Source: the human T2T-CHM13v2.0 reference genome, Homo sapiens. From it: a DNA stretch of 64,000 bases. The notes under the pieces were generated by a model that ran no database searches, was not told the DNA's origin, and saw only the letters and a program-made list of their open reading frames with translations. The translations under genes were made by a program, and so were the position numbers. This document shows positions 28,131 to 43,426 of this stretch, piece after piece; positions within the stretch are counted from its first letter, which is position 1, and the number at the start of each line of letters is the position of its first letter. The stretch lies in NCBI RefSeq assembly GCF_009914755.1, contig NC_060929.1, one strand, 5' to 3'.

Positions 28131-28208
28131 AAGACAGTGGGAGATTCTTGTAGAGCAGATTTTCTGAGTAAGACAATGGAAGATTCTTGTAGAGCAGATT
28201 TCCTGAGT
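28131..28208. repeat. 39-bp tandem duplication, 2 copies
   Basis: AAGACAGTGGGAGATTCTTGTAGAGCAGATTTTCTGAGT then AAGACAATGGAAGATTCTTGTAGAGCAGATTTCCTGAGT (3 mismatches). Confidence 0.9.
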
Positions 28209-28645
28209 AGCAGGAAGAAAATCGGTTCAAGAGCCAGAAGGAGAGAAACCAGGCAATGAAGTGGGTACACTTGGTGATGGATAAAATTTGGGGAAAGGAA
28301 TGAAAGTGTAGTAGGCAAGCCTGGCCATTACATGGTCTTTTATAATGGGGGAGACAACCCGAGGAAAACTGACAGCTGATGCTGACAACGACTGTCTCCC
28401 TTAAGAGAACATATTCGAGACAAGGGCAAACTAAAGGCAGTTTGCCAAGAGGGTATGCTGTGCATTCCAGATAAATCGTGGACAACCTAAGCACTTAGCC
28501 CACCAAAAAATTCAACAATTTGGTGGGGCCTTAGTGATCAGTGCAATGTGAGCTGTCACACCAAGTAAGTTAAAGTCTTGAACATGGCGTTCCCTTTTGG
28601 CAATAGGAGCTATTATCTAGAATAAATAAGGCGATTTGTTCTCTT

Positions 28646-28730
28646 ATTGCAATATGCCACTAACCCAAGACTGGGGTAACTGGAGTGACTTATCAGTTAC
28701 CCCAGTCTTGGGGTAGTGGCATATTGCAAT
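28646..28730. repeat. Inverted repeat, 37-bp arms (36/37), 11-nt loop
   Basis: 28646-28682 is the reverse complement of 28694-28730 except A28663/G28713. Confidence 0.95.
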
Positions 28731-28880
28731 TAGAATGGTAACTTTATTCACCAAAGTCTGTGTATTCTTGCTCTAAGTGGAGGTGGGGAGGGGAGTAAAC
28801 TTTGACCACTTTCCTCCATTTGGTGGGGTTTTCTCACCCACTACCCCCATCCATTTCCATACCCTGCCTCCCCCTCCCAG

Positions 28881-29098
28881 GACTACACAGCCACCATATA
28901 CCTCCGACAGCGCTGGATGGACCAGCGGCTGGTGTTTGAAGGCAACAAGAGCTTCACTCTGGATGCCCGCCTCGTGGAGTTCCTCTGGGTGCCAGATACT
29001 TACATTGTGGAGTCCAAGAAGTCCTTCCTCCATGAAGTCACTGTGGGAAACAGGCTCATCCGCCTCTTCTCCAATGGCACGGTCCTGTATGCCCTCAG
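28881..29098 (+). CDS. GABRP: GABRP exon 5 (binding loops D, A, E)
   Basis: CCTCCCAG|GAC...CAG|GTACGC; [17 protein letters not shown]...[12 protein letters not shown]...NGTVLYALR. Confidence 0.97.
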
Positions 29099-31138
29099 GT
29101 ACGCGGACACCTGTGACCTCAGGGGTGGAGGACGGCAGCTGGGAGAAAACATGCAGATGTGTCTTGGGTAGTTGTGACCAGAACTCAAATAGCCACTGTG
29201 AGGTCCCATGGCTTCTTAGATCCTTGCCCCCATAATAGAAGGTCCCTCTCTCAGTTCATCATCTACCAAATGCCTGCTCTGTGCCAAGCCCCATGCTGGC
29301 CACAGGATAGAGCTGAGTAAGGCATTGACCTGTCCTCAAGACACGGACATGGAAACAAAGGAGGTCCCTGGTGCTGGGGCCCAAGTTAGGGAGTAGGTGA
29401 GTGGTTTGGGGGTGATGTTACAGGATGCTTTCACAGGATTCTGAGCTATGTCTTAAAGGGTAAAAGGAAGTTAGCAAGGGAAGAAATAAGGGCAATGGCA
29501 GAGACGACAGAGAGGTGCATGCAAGGAACTTTCCTTTCTTGGGGCCCAGTGGAACTGCAGCAGCTCCAGAACACCACTCTACTTGTCTGAGTCATGTTTG
29601 TAGAGAAAACCAAGGTGCAGTGCCCCAAAGTCTCTGCCACCTGCAGCCATGGGCTCCCCTTTGCCATCTCCCCAAATTCCTGAAGCTCAAGTTCCTTTCA
29701 CCCAATTGTTAATGGAGCCGGGTTGGATGGAACAGGACTCATCCCTGCCTGTGCAAGGACTGTGCAAACCTAAAGCTCCCAGAGGCCTTGGGGAGGAGGC
29801 CAGGAGCCAAATATTCATGGGGCTGATGTTTAATCTTAAGTAAGAGTCTAAAGTTATAAAACAAGGGTTGAGCTAACCGATAAACTGAATTTCTGGACAT
29901 GCCTCAACTGTACTGAGTTTTGCAAAGACCATCTCAAAGCCCAATTCTTGTCTCATGAAACATAATTAGACTTCTCTTTTGACCTCAATTCCAATCATCG
30001 TTAATGTTCCCCTTCCCCATGTTCCCACAGCAATGTGTGAATGTGGATGTGTGAGTGTGTGCATGCATTTGTGTGTACATGTGTGTCTGTCTGTATTATG
30101 GCACACAACACAATCAATATTGTGTAAGGATTACAAATAATGAGTGATGTTTTAATAGCCTGGCTCTAGAATCATAAAGATTTTGGTACAAGTCCCTGCT
30201 CTGTCCCTCAGCAGCTCTGTGACCTTAGGCAAGTTACTTGACTCTCAGAGCCTCAGTTTCATCAGCAGTAAAATGAGAATTAAAATATTTCCTACCTAGT
30301 AGAACTGTTCAAAGGGGTAATGCATGCAAAGCACTCAGCCCAGGGACTAGCTCACAGTAAGCACTCAGTAAACCATAGCTATTGTTAGTCTCTGTCTCCC
30401 TAAAGGGAGTGTGAGTGAGCATCCTGGAGGTGAGCACCATTCTGTAATCACCTCCATTTCCCCCAAGTACCTAGCACAGTGCTTAATAAATAAGGATGCT
30501 GAATAAAAATGTATGACACTGAAGAAAAAGGAAGATAGAGGCCTGGTGAATGCAATCTCCACTGTGAGGGCATAACTGACCTTTAATTGAATATCTCTGG
30601 GGTTAAGCCCCCAAAGCCACAGTGCCTGGGGCCCCCACTGCCTCTGCATCCTGGTTCCCATGAGGAGGCAGGGCCTCATGAGAAGAGCACAGCCAGGAGA
30701 CCTAGGCTGCAGCCTCAGTTCTGCCACTCAGAGCCACATGAGCCTATGCAAGTCCCTATGCCTGCTGTCAAGTGGTGACGATAGTGATGGTGAACACTGT
30801 TCTAGGCCCACCCAGGTCTGTCAGGAAGATAAAATTTAAAAACTGGATGCTAAAGCATCTCGAGCCAATGCATCTGTCTGTTCTGTGATACTGCCAGAAG
30901 TTTTGCCCCTTGAATGGCCAGCATTCCAACTTCCTCCACTCTGGACCCAGGTTTAACCAAGCCTCATGCACACATTCTTTAGCACCCAGAGCCTCAAGGA
31001 TGCTTTACATGCAGACTCCAAGCTACATGTTCATTTAAGAGTTCCAGTGAAAGTCTTCTTTGAGTGGGCCTTCGAAGGAATGTGAACTTTCTATAACTTC
31101 CTCACAATACTGTTTTTGAACCTGTTTTTCCCTCTTAG

Positions 31139-31221
31139 AATCACGACAACTGTTGCATGTAACATGGATCTGTCTAAATACCCCATGGACACACAGACAT
31201 GCAAGTTGCAGCTGGAAAGCT
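31139..31221 (+). CDS. GABRP: GABRP exon 6 (Cys-loop)
   Basis: CTCTTAG|A...GCT|GTAAGT; [27 protein letters not shown] with the C-x13-C signature. Confidence 0.97.
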
Positions 31222-31501
31222 GTAAGTATACATCCTACAGGCTCCTGAGATGATTTTCCTGGGTGACTTAGGTGTGTGTATTCATGAAAAGTATCTCATA
31301 CACAGTGACCTTTCTTTTCTTAATGTTGATTCATCGTGGATTCAGCCCTTCTGACTGTACTTCCAGACAGATTTAGAGACTTCTCAAAGATATGCCTAAT
31401 ATCTTTTGGGGAGAACCATTATGCATTAGTACCAGATATCTCCACCTATGAGTGGACAAGAAAACCAAAGGAAATGCTTTAATGTAGTTGGTGGTCTAGG
31501 C

Positions 31502-32013
<512 letters not shown>

Positions 32014-32454
32014 TGCTGCAGAGTTTTTAACGGGCTCTAATAAGTTACTTCCACGTGAAATTCCAAGAAGGAGTGGTAGCACTTCCCAAACGTTTTAAAC
32101 CATGGAATCTTCTTTCATAAGCGTTTTGTGGGACAATCATTTCATAAAAAACATTTCGGTGACAACAAATATAGACTAGCCCCTGAGACCTAAACTTTTA
32201 ATATTTAATTTATGCCATCTATCTGATTACTAACTCTCAAAGGGTCTGTGGTTCCAGATGAGTTCTATGACCATGTTCTTTGCCACCCACCCACCCTTAC
32301 TCTCCCAAGATCATATCAGCCACAGGTCCCAGTAGAAGATATGAAAAAGGTCATGGACTTTTCATCAATGTACTCATCATTTGTCAGCAAATATGTCCAG
32401 GGCTACATTTTTAGGTCTAAAAAATCACAAAGACTTTATTTTATTTCTTTTTTC

Positions 32455-34128
32455 ATTTTTTTTGTTTTATATATATATTTTTATTATACTTTAAGTTCTA
32501 GGGTACATGTGCACAACATGCAGGTTTGTTACATATGTATACATGTGCCGTGTTGGTGTGCTGCACCCATTAACTCGTCATTTACATTAGGTATATCTCC
32601 TAATGCTATCCCTCCCCCCTCCCCACACCCTTCCTGTGTTCCCCTTCCTGTGTCCAAGTGTTCTCACTGTTCAATTCCCACCTATGAGTGAGAACATGCG
32701 GTGTTTGGTTTTTTGTCCTTGTGATAGTTTGCTGAGAATGATGGTTTCCAGCTTCATCCATGTCTCTACAAAGGACATGAACTCATCATTTTTTATGGCT
32801 GCATAGTATTCCATGGTGTGTATGTGCCACATTTTCTTAATCCAGTCTATCATTGTTGGACATTTGGCTTGGTTCCAAGCCTTTGCTATTGTGAATAATG
32901 CCGCAATAAATATACATGTGCATGTGTCTTTATAGCAGCATGATTTATATTCCTTTGTGTATATACCCAGTAATGGGATGGCTGGGTCAAATGGTATTTC
33001 TAGTTCTAGATCCCTGAGGAATCGCCACACTGTCTTCCACAGTGGTTGAACCAGTTTACAGTCCCACCAACAGTGTAAAAGTGTTCCTATTTCTCCACAT
33101 CCTCTCCAGCACCTGCAGTTTCCTGACTTTTTAATGATTGCCATTCTAACTGCTATGAGATGATATCTCCTTGTGGTTTTGATTTGCATTTCTCTGATGG
33201 CCAGTGATGATGAGCATTTTTTCATGTGTCTTTTGGCTGCACAAATGTCTTCTTTTGAGAAGTGTCTGTTCATATCCTTCGCCCACTTTTTGATGGGGTT
33301 GTTTGTTTTTTTCTCGTAAATTTGTTCAAGTTCTTTGTAGATTCTGGATATTAGCCCTTTGTCAGATGAGTACATTGCAAAAATTTTCCCCCATTCTGTA
33401 GGTTGCCTGTTCACTCTGATTGTAGTTTCTTTTGCTGTGCAGAAGCTCTTTAGTTTAATTAGATCCCATTTGTCAATTTTGGCTTTTGTTGCCACTGCTC
33501 AATGAAATAAAAGAGGACACAAACAAATGGAAGAACAGTCCATGCTCGTGGATAGGAAGAATCAATATCGTGAAAATGGCCATACTACCCAAGGAAATTT
33601 ATAGATTCAATGCCATCCCCATCAAGCTACCAATGACTTTCTTCACAGAATTGGGAAAAACTACTTTAAAGTTCATATGGAACCAAAAAAGAGCCCACAT
33701 TGCCAAGTCAATCCTAAGCCAAAAGAACAAAGCTGGAGGCATCATGCTACCTGACTTCAAACAATACTACAAGGCTACAGTAACCAAAACAGCATGGTAC
33801 TGGTACCAAAACAGAAATATAGACCAATGGAACCAAAGAGAGCCCTCAGAAATAATACCACACATCTACAACTATCTGATCTTTGACAAACCTGGCAAAA
33901 ACAAGAAATGGGGAAAGGATTCCCTACTTAACAAATGGTGCTGGGAAAACTGGCTAGCCATATGTAGAAAGCTGAAACTGGATCCCTTCCTTACACCTTA
34001 TATGAAAATTAATTCAAGATGGATTAAAGACTTAAATGTTAGACCTAAAACCATAAAAACCCTAGAAGAAAACCTAAGCAATACCATTCAGAACATAGGC
34101 ATGGGCAAGGACTTCATGTCTAAAACAC
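32455..34128 (-). mobile_element. 5'-inverted, truncated L1PA (PA3-PA5-like), twin-priming structure
   Basis: 32455-33494 is the antisense L1 3' end (ORF2 C-terminus, 3'UTR, tail); 33492-34128 is the adjacent upstream ORF2 segment in the opposite orientation; 18-bp TSD (17/18) at 32437-32454 and 34129-34146. Confidence 0.93.
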
Positions 34129-34305
34129 TATTTTATTTTTTTTTTCTGTGCAAAGCACTGTGATAATAAGAAAAACCTCACTCCCCATTGCAAAGGAAGT
34201 AGAGAGGCTAGTGAGGAAAGACTTCTTGGAGGAGGTAACAAAATGTGTTTTATGGCCTCAATCTGCTGTTGCCCCAATCTCCTTGACTGAACAACTTTTT
34301 TGTTA

Positions 34306-34690
<385 letters not shown>

Positions 34691-36327
34691 TTAATCCATG
34701 TCTGTCACTATACTAGACACCTTGCAAACAATCCTGAGAGATATGTATATTGTTTTTCCCATCTTGCAGATAGAGAAATTGAGGTTCATTAGGATTTGGC
34801 AATTTTCCCAAGGGAAAGTGAAGTAGCCGCACGGGGACTTCAACCCAGGTGGAATGGCCCCAAGGTCCCAAGTTCCCTGAACTCTAATAGCCCTTCCACT
34901 GGGCTGGAGAGTCACATAGGGAGTTTGTTCCAGTGGCTTGTTTGTGATCTGAGCTGCTTATTTTTCCTGAGTATACCATAAAGTGCTTTTAAACAGTAAT
35001 ATGGAGATAATGAAAATCTTTTAATACCTCCTTCCCAATTTCTCCAGTGTCCATTTATTATCATCATTGTTCCCCAAATTGAGTAACCATGTGACGCTTT
35101 TGTTGGATTCCCCAAATCCTGCCAGAATGTTCAACTGAATTGCAACCTGATTACCACACAGTAGTCCCAGACATATCCCTGTGCCAGTTCCCTTGCATTA
35201 CCTAGGACCAAGACCAGTGTTTGTCCTTTCCTGTGTCTGCTAAGGAAAGTCTTTTTTCTCATTCTAATACTTTAGTTTTATATATTGTCCCACTAAAGTC
35301 TCCAGCCAGTCTGGATGGCTGGTTGGGTTCCATCTGTCTATCCTCATTTAAATACATTCAATTCATCCATTCAACCATTAAATGACGATTCTATGTGAGG
35401 TACTGTGGTAGATGTTTGCAATACACAGATAAAAGTAATGCTGCAGTCTTCGAGAACTCTACAGTCTAATAGAGGGTGCAGGACTTTAAATAATTATAAC
35501 AGAATGAGTTACAACAATGAAAAGTAATGGGGGGGGGGTCAGAGTTTTCCTAGGGAAAGTGTCACTTGGAATGAGACATAGGGCATCAGCTGGAATGGAC
35601 CAAGAGACAAGGAGTGGGACTCAGAATCTGCTAAGATGAGGATTATGTACAAGAAGGAACAAAGCAGAAGGGATGGCAAATATGCAAAGCCATCCTTGAC
35701 ATTTATCACTCGTGCTTCCAACTTTTAAAAAAAATTGCTTGATAGATATAAAGCTCACACAGTCATGCCAGTAAATGGGCATCTAAACTGTAACCTGGGG
35801 ATTTGCCTGTGATGAAGAATGAGGATTTAACTCTAGGTTGATGTGTGATGAATGAACTCCCTAGCATTGTTAAGTAATCTCCATTGTTCCTTAGTAAACC
35901 GCTCCGAAATGCCCACCAAACTGGGGCACCTGTGATAGGCAAACAACATTGCAGATATGATTTATTAAGGCATCAAGGTGGGGCTTGTGTGTGGAGGGAG
36001 AAATATAGTCAAACTCTGGAGAGCAGTGGGCACTCCTTACGTAAGGTCACAAGTGGGCAACATCTGAGAAGCACAGCCATTATGAAGCAGAAGCCATTTT
36101 TCAGAAGCAGACATTTAATTAAAGACCCAGAAAAACAGATTAATTATCTTATTGATTAAATGCATGCAGAAACTTCTTGAAGCAATACAGCTGTTTGGTG
36201 GCAGAATAAAACTTGAGGTTATCAAAAAGAGAACTCATTTTCAGTCCCACATGGAAAAAGCTATTACCTTCCGTGTATCGTGGCTGGGCTCATCTCAAAT
36301 CCCAGGAGACAGATTCTCCTGGAAACC

Positions 36328-36542
36328 TCAGCCTCTGTTTCACAAATACCATCCCCAGTGAGCGGAGGGAGTTTTCTCTGTTCAGCCTCTGTTTCACATA
36401 TACCATCCCCAGTGAGCGGAGGGAGCTTTCTCTGTTCAGCCTCTGTTTCACATATACCATCCCCAGTGAGCGGAGGGAGCTTTCTCTGTTCAGCCTCTGT
36501 TTCACATATACCATCCCCAGTGAGCGGAGGGAGCTTTCTCTG
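36328..36542. repeat. 54-bp minisatellite, ~4 copies
   Basis: Unit TCAGCCTCTGTTTCACATATACCATCCCCAGTGAGCGGAGGGAGCTTTCTCTGT starting at 36328, 36382, 36436, 36490; copies 2-4 identical, copy 1 has 2 differences. Confidence 0.96.
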
Positions 36543-37144
36543 AATGTTTATTAGCAGTGTTTGGGTACAGAAACCTCACTATGGGTTTTTTTCTAAGTAC
36601 CATCTCTAGAAAAGAACTGATACCATCCCACAGTTTTCCTTATTCACCCAGGGACAGAGAGACCATAATGTAATGATTGTGAGCATTTACTAGTTGTAAA
36701 GTCAGAGTGTCCAGGTAGAAACTTGTACTACCCACTTTCATAGATTTTTTTTTTAATGTGGGATGGTAGCCGTATTTAGACAGCTGGCTTTAGTACATGT
36801 TTGGATGCTTCCAAGGGAAAGTCCACAGACAGTTTTTACCTGGAAATCCCCTAAGAGTTCATGGCTATATTTCTCTTCCCTGGGGAGGGCGAGATAACCC
36901 TTGCTAGACAATGGATACCATACTGTGAGACTTAACAAAATGTTAGTTCCAACACCGGCATCACATTTCCCAGTAGTCTTTGAAAACAAAGGCAATATAC
37001 CTTTATGTATAAGATCACAGGTACCGAAATCACTGAGTTTTGCCATCACTAGCTCTGTGACTCTGGGTGAGTAACTAATGTCTCTGGACCTCAGTTTCCT
37101 ATCAGTGAAGTGGGAAGAATAATAGTGTCTGACTCAGAGTTGTT

Positions 37145-38330
<1,186 letters not shown>

Positions 38331-38613
38331 GATACATTGAGGGTTAAATGAGATGATAATGTTGTAAAGCACTTGGAAATGCAATTGCTTATTAAATGAT
38401 AGGTATTATTATCATCGTCACTCATAGACTTTGGGATTAAACTTTCCTAAGGTAACTTTGTTTCTTGCTTGCCTTGTTATCCTGAGAAAGTTATGCAACC
38501 CCTCTGAATCTGAGAGTTTTCAAGAATAATGTGGGAAAATCATTATAGTGACTGAGTTCTATGGAACAGCATTTATTGAATAATAACATTTCAGGAAAAA
38601 ATATAAGCTTTAC

Positions 38614-38718
38614 TGTATATTAAAATACATATATACGTTTATATATTATATATTATATTATATTATATATTATATATATTATATATATTATAATATTTAT
38701 ATATTATATAGATATAAA
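38614..38718. repeat. AT-rich (TA/TATTA)n tract
   Basis: Almost pure A/T alternating sequence. Confidence 0.9.
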
Positions 38719-39386
38719 TCAACTACAAGATCCAGTTCAATTTCAGAAAATGTAAAGAAATGTCCATCTTAGAATTGAGGAAATATAGAAATGGCTACCT
38801 TGCAAGTTTACAAGAACATTAGTGACATAATGTATAAAGTACTTATAAATGTTCAAAAGGTAACTATTGTTACTATTATCAAGTATATTAATTAAACTGC
38901 TTTGAGACTTATCTAACGTGCATTTTTACAGGCTTTAATAAAGCAGGTTTTTTGTTTTTGTTTTTGCATTTATGCCAATATAGAAATATGAACAGATCAG
39001 TTCTTAAGTCCCTGAAAATATCATCAGAGCTATTATACAATCTTGAAAGGCAGTATCTTTGCGTGTTCACAGATATGTGCTTAATAAATGTAATTTAAAT
39101 AATGAGGGAGGCCACTTCTAATGACTTATCATCCACCAGATCTACGCAGTACCTAACACAAGACCAGCTCTCAATTGACGGCAAATCGTCCTGGCAGGTC
39201 ACTTCATTCAGAGCAGACATTGCAATTGCACTTGGGAAATCTTGCTAAGTTCTGCATGGGATTGTCCTTGGACTTATCACTATGAAGAAAGAACTCATGC
39301 TGTCTCCATATTATAGCATTTTCCAGACCAGACCAGTTCAATCTGGAACACCCTTGCACTGACCAGGGCTCCATTTTATTTGCCAG

Positions 39387-39524
39387 GGGGCTATGATGGA
39401 AATGATGTGGAGTTCACCTGGCTGAGAGGGAACGACTCTGTGCGTGGACTGGAACACCTGCGGCTTGCTCAGTACACCATAGAGCGGTATTTCACCTTAG
39501 TCACCAGATCGCAGCAGGAGACAG
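39387..39524 (+). CDS. GABRP: GABRP exon 7 (loops B, F, start of C)
   Basis: TTTGCCAG|GG...CAG|GTAACT; [19 protein letters not shown]...SQQETG. Confidence 0.97.
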
Positions 39525-40020
39525 GTAACTCATGTGACAAACTGTATGAAATAAAAATAAGTGAACTGAGGTGTAGGGTTGCTCTCTGAGTCAGAAATAT
39601 CGTCTTCTCACTTTACCTCCTTGGGATGCAGTGGAGCGGGACAGTAGGGTTTGTGCTGAGCAATTCCACCTCCTCCACACCCAGTATTAAAATGGTCCAC
39701 TGAGGAACAGACCTCTGGACCAGCTCTGAAGCCTTGCACCATGTACCTCCAGATACTTGCTAATGAGTGCTCAAATTCCGTGCCTCCATCATGCATAAAA
39801 TTTATTCATATTTCTCACTGGAACACTAGTTCTCTGACACTGAAGAATAAAAATAAGAATACAGCTCAAAGATGAAGAAGACAGCAGCAATGCCCAACAA
39901 GAGCATGAACACTCTAATTATTGCAAACATGGCAGGAAGTATTACTTATTCATTTCATTTACCAGAAATGCATCTCTTGGTCTTTGGCGATTTTACATAG
40001 ACATGTTTGGAAAGATGTGA

Positions 40021-40428
<408 letters not shown>

Positions 40429-40569
40429 TGAGCCTAGGTGACATTAAAAATCATATGTCACACCAAGATCATGGTTACATGAAAATTAGAAACTAAAGGG
40501 TATGTATAGAGAAAAGACTGGAATAGAAGGAAAGATGATTTTTTCTCTCTACTTTTCTTATTTTCCAAA

Positions 40570-40918
40570 TTTTTCTTTTCTTTTTTCTTTTATCTATTTA
40601 CTTATTATTTTACTTTATTTTATTTTATTTATTTGAGACAGTGTCTCACTCTAGTGTCACCTAGGCTGGAGTGCAGTGGCGCAATCTCAGCTCACGGCAA
40701 AATTCACCTCCTGGGCTTGGGTGATCCTCCCACCTCAGTCTCACTGGTAGCTGGGACTATAGGTGTGTGCCATCATGCCTGGGTAATGTTTTGTATTATT
40801 GTAGAGATGAGGTTACATCATGTTTCCCAGCTGGTCTCGAACTCCTGAGCTCCAGCAAACCACCTGCCTTGGCCTCCCAAAATGCTGGGATTACAGACAT
40901 GAGCCACCAAGCCTGGCT
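40570..40918 (-). mobile_element. AluJ with long T-rich tail
   Basis: Diverged antisense Alu. Confidence 0.88.
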
Positions 40919-42167
40919 TTATTTTCCAAAATTTAAGTAATTATCATGAATTATTTTTATAATGGGCAAATAAATACACTTTATTTTTAAAGACAACTTT
41001 GTAAATTAGGGCTATGCAGTCATAGTTTACCAAATCTGGATTCCCAAGTTGGGTTCATATAAAAAATGGCTTCAGTTTTCAAAATTATGTAATCTCATGT
41101 AGCACATAACCACCCTCTTTAGGTACAAAAGAGGGTCGTTATTTAGTCAAATGTTGATTCTAAGGTTTGCTTGTTTGTTTTTAAAACATTGACTTTCAAA
41201 ATCAAGAAAATAAAGCAGGCAGTGTAGACTGATAAAACATCCCTGGACCAACGGGCAAAAGACCTGGTTTTTATTCTTTCTTCTAACATCAACTCCAGGT
41301 CCTTTTCAAATCACTAAAACTTCCTGTGTCTCAATTTACCCATCAATAAAGTAAAATAATAAGTAATCTCTAGGGTCTCACCAAGCTCGAAAAGTACATA
41401 TTTTTATTCTATACTATATTTATCCAGGCATATGTCTGTTGTTTTTTTAATGGTATAATTTCTCATTTCAGGCTTTAATTTGGGGGTGACAGAGGGTTGG
41501 AGCAGCTCCCATTCACCATCCTGTTTTTCCCCAACAACAATCTAAGCCAGACTTTTCCTGTTCCCAGAGGATAACCTCTTCATTCATGCATCCACACCAG
41601 TGCTGGCCACTACTGCTCACCTCCCCATAATAGAAGCACAGCAGGAGCAGAGCTTGGGACTCTAACCCATGGACATATATGTTTTGTGCTACAGTAGCCT
41701 ATTTACCACAGAGAATTCTGTTACTGATAGCTCTCTAACACATGCCTTTCCCACATCTAGAATACACTGCTAGATTCCCTAAGGATGGCCCTGAAGTAGT
41801 ATAAAATCTGGGGTGCCTCTGAAATCATCAAAAATTCACTTATATTTAATAGGTCCATTAGGTCTATTCCATAGTATTCCTTGAGAAACAGATGGTCACA
41901 GGTAATCTTCATTAAACAGGTATTTATTGAACAACTACTTTGTGAGTGCAGAACTGAAAGATTCAGTGTTTGCCCCCAAGGAACTCACTGTCTAGTGAGG
42001 CAGACGTCAAGAAAACCAGTATTGATTGCACTGCTGTAGGAATACTGTGATTCAGAAAAGCCCAGGTTGGACATAAGGCAGGACAGCGCCCCTATAAATC
42101 CCATTCAATGCAACAGCAGTGTCTCCTGTGGAAATCATAATGACAGTTCATACATAACCAGATTTAG

Positions 42168-42923
<756 letters not shown>

Positions 42924-43238
42924 TAAACTTAAGTTTTACAGTGACAAGTAAGGGATCATTGTGCTTAGATGGTCTATTGTCAGTTCTTTTGCATATTTAT
43001 CACCCCCTCCCAGGAGAAGACAGAACGTGAAACATTAAAAAAAAACACATCCCTCATATCTGTACAAAATGGACAAATCAACCCTATTCTAGAAGGTCGC
43101 AGACTTTTCAAAATGAGATGCATTCCATTTCTGGGTCTTGCCCTCACCCTGCCAATTCTCAAATGGGGACACTCTGCCAGGCTATGGTGGAGGACTAACC
43201 AGTCACTTTGTAGGAACATCCCCTGCCTGTTTTCCCAG

Positions 43239-43426
43239 GAGTGACGACCGTGTTATCAATGACCACACTGATGATCGGGTCCCGCACTTCTCTTCCCAAC
43301 ACCAACTGCTTCATCAAGGCCATCGATGTGTACCTGGGGATCTGCTTTAGCTTTGTGTTTGGGGCCTTGCTAGAATATGCAGTTGCTCACTACAGTTCCT
43401 TACAGCAGATGGCAGCCAAAGATAGG
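43239..43426 (+). CDS. GABRP: GABRP exon 9 (TM2, TM3)
   Basis: TTTCCCAG|GA...AGG|GTAAGA; [19 protein letters not shown]...[22 protein letters not shown]. Confidence 0.97.

Noticed and set aside
32671-34163. 274-aa and 225-aa ORFs as genes
   Set aside because: L1 ORF2 C-terminal fragments in a truncated, inverted copy, with no promoter, endonuclease or complete RT. The two halves do not overlap in L1 coordinates, so they do not form a hairpin with each other.
36328-36542. CRISPR-like array or repeat protein
   Set aside because: Units are head-to-tail with no unique spacers, the context is human and intronic, and the 18-aa repeat ORFs follow simply from a 54-nt unit.
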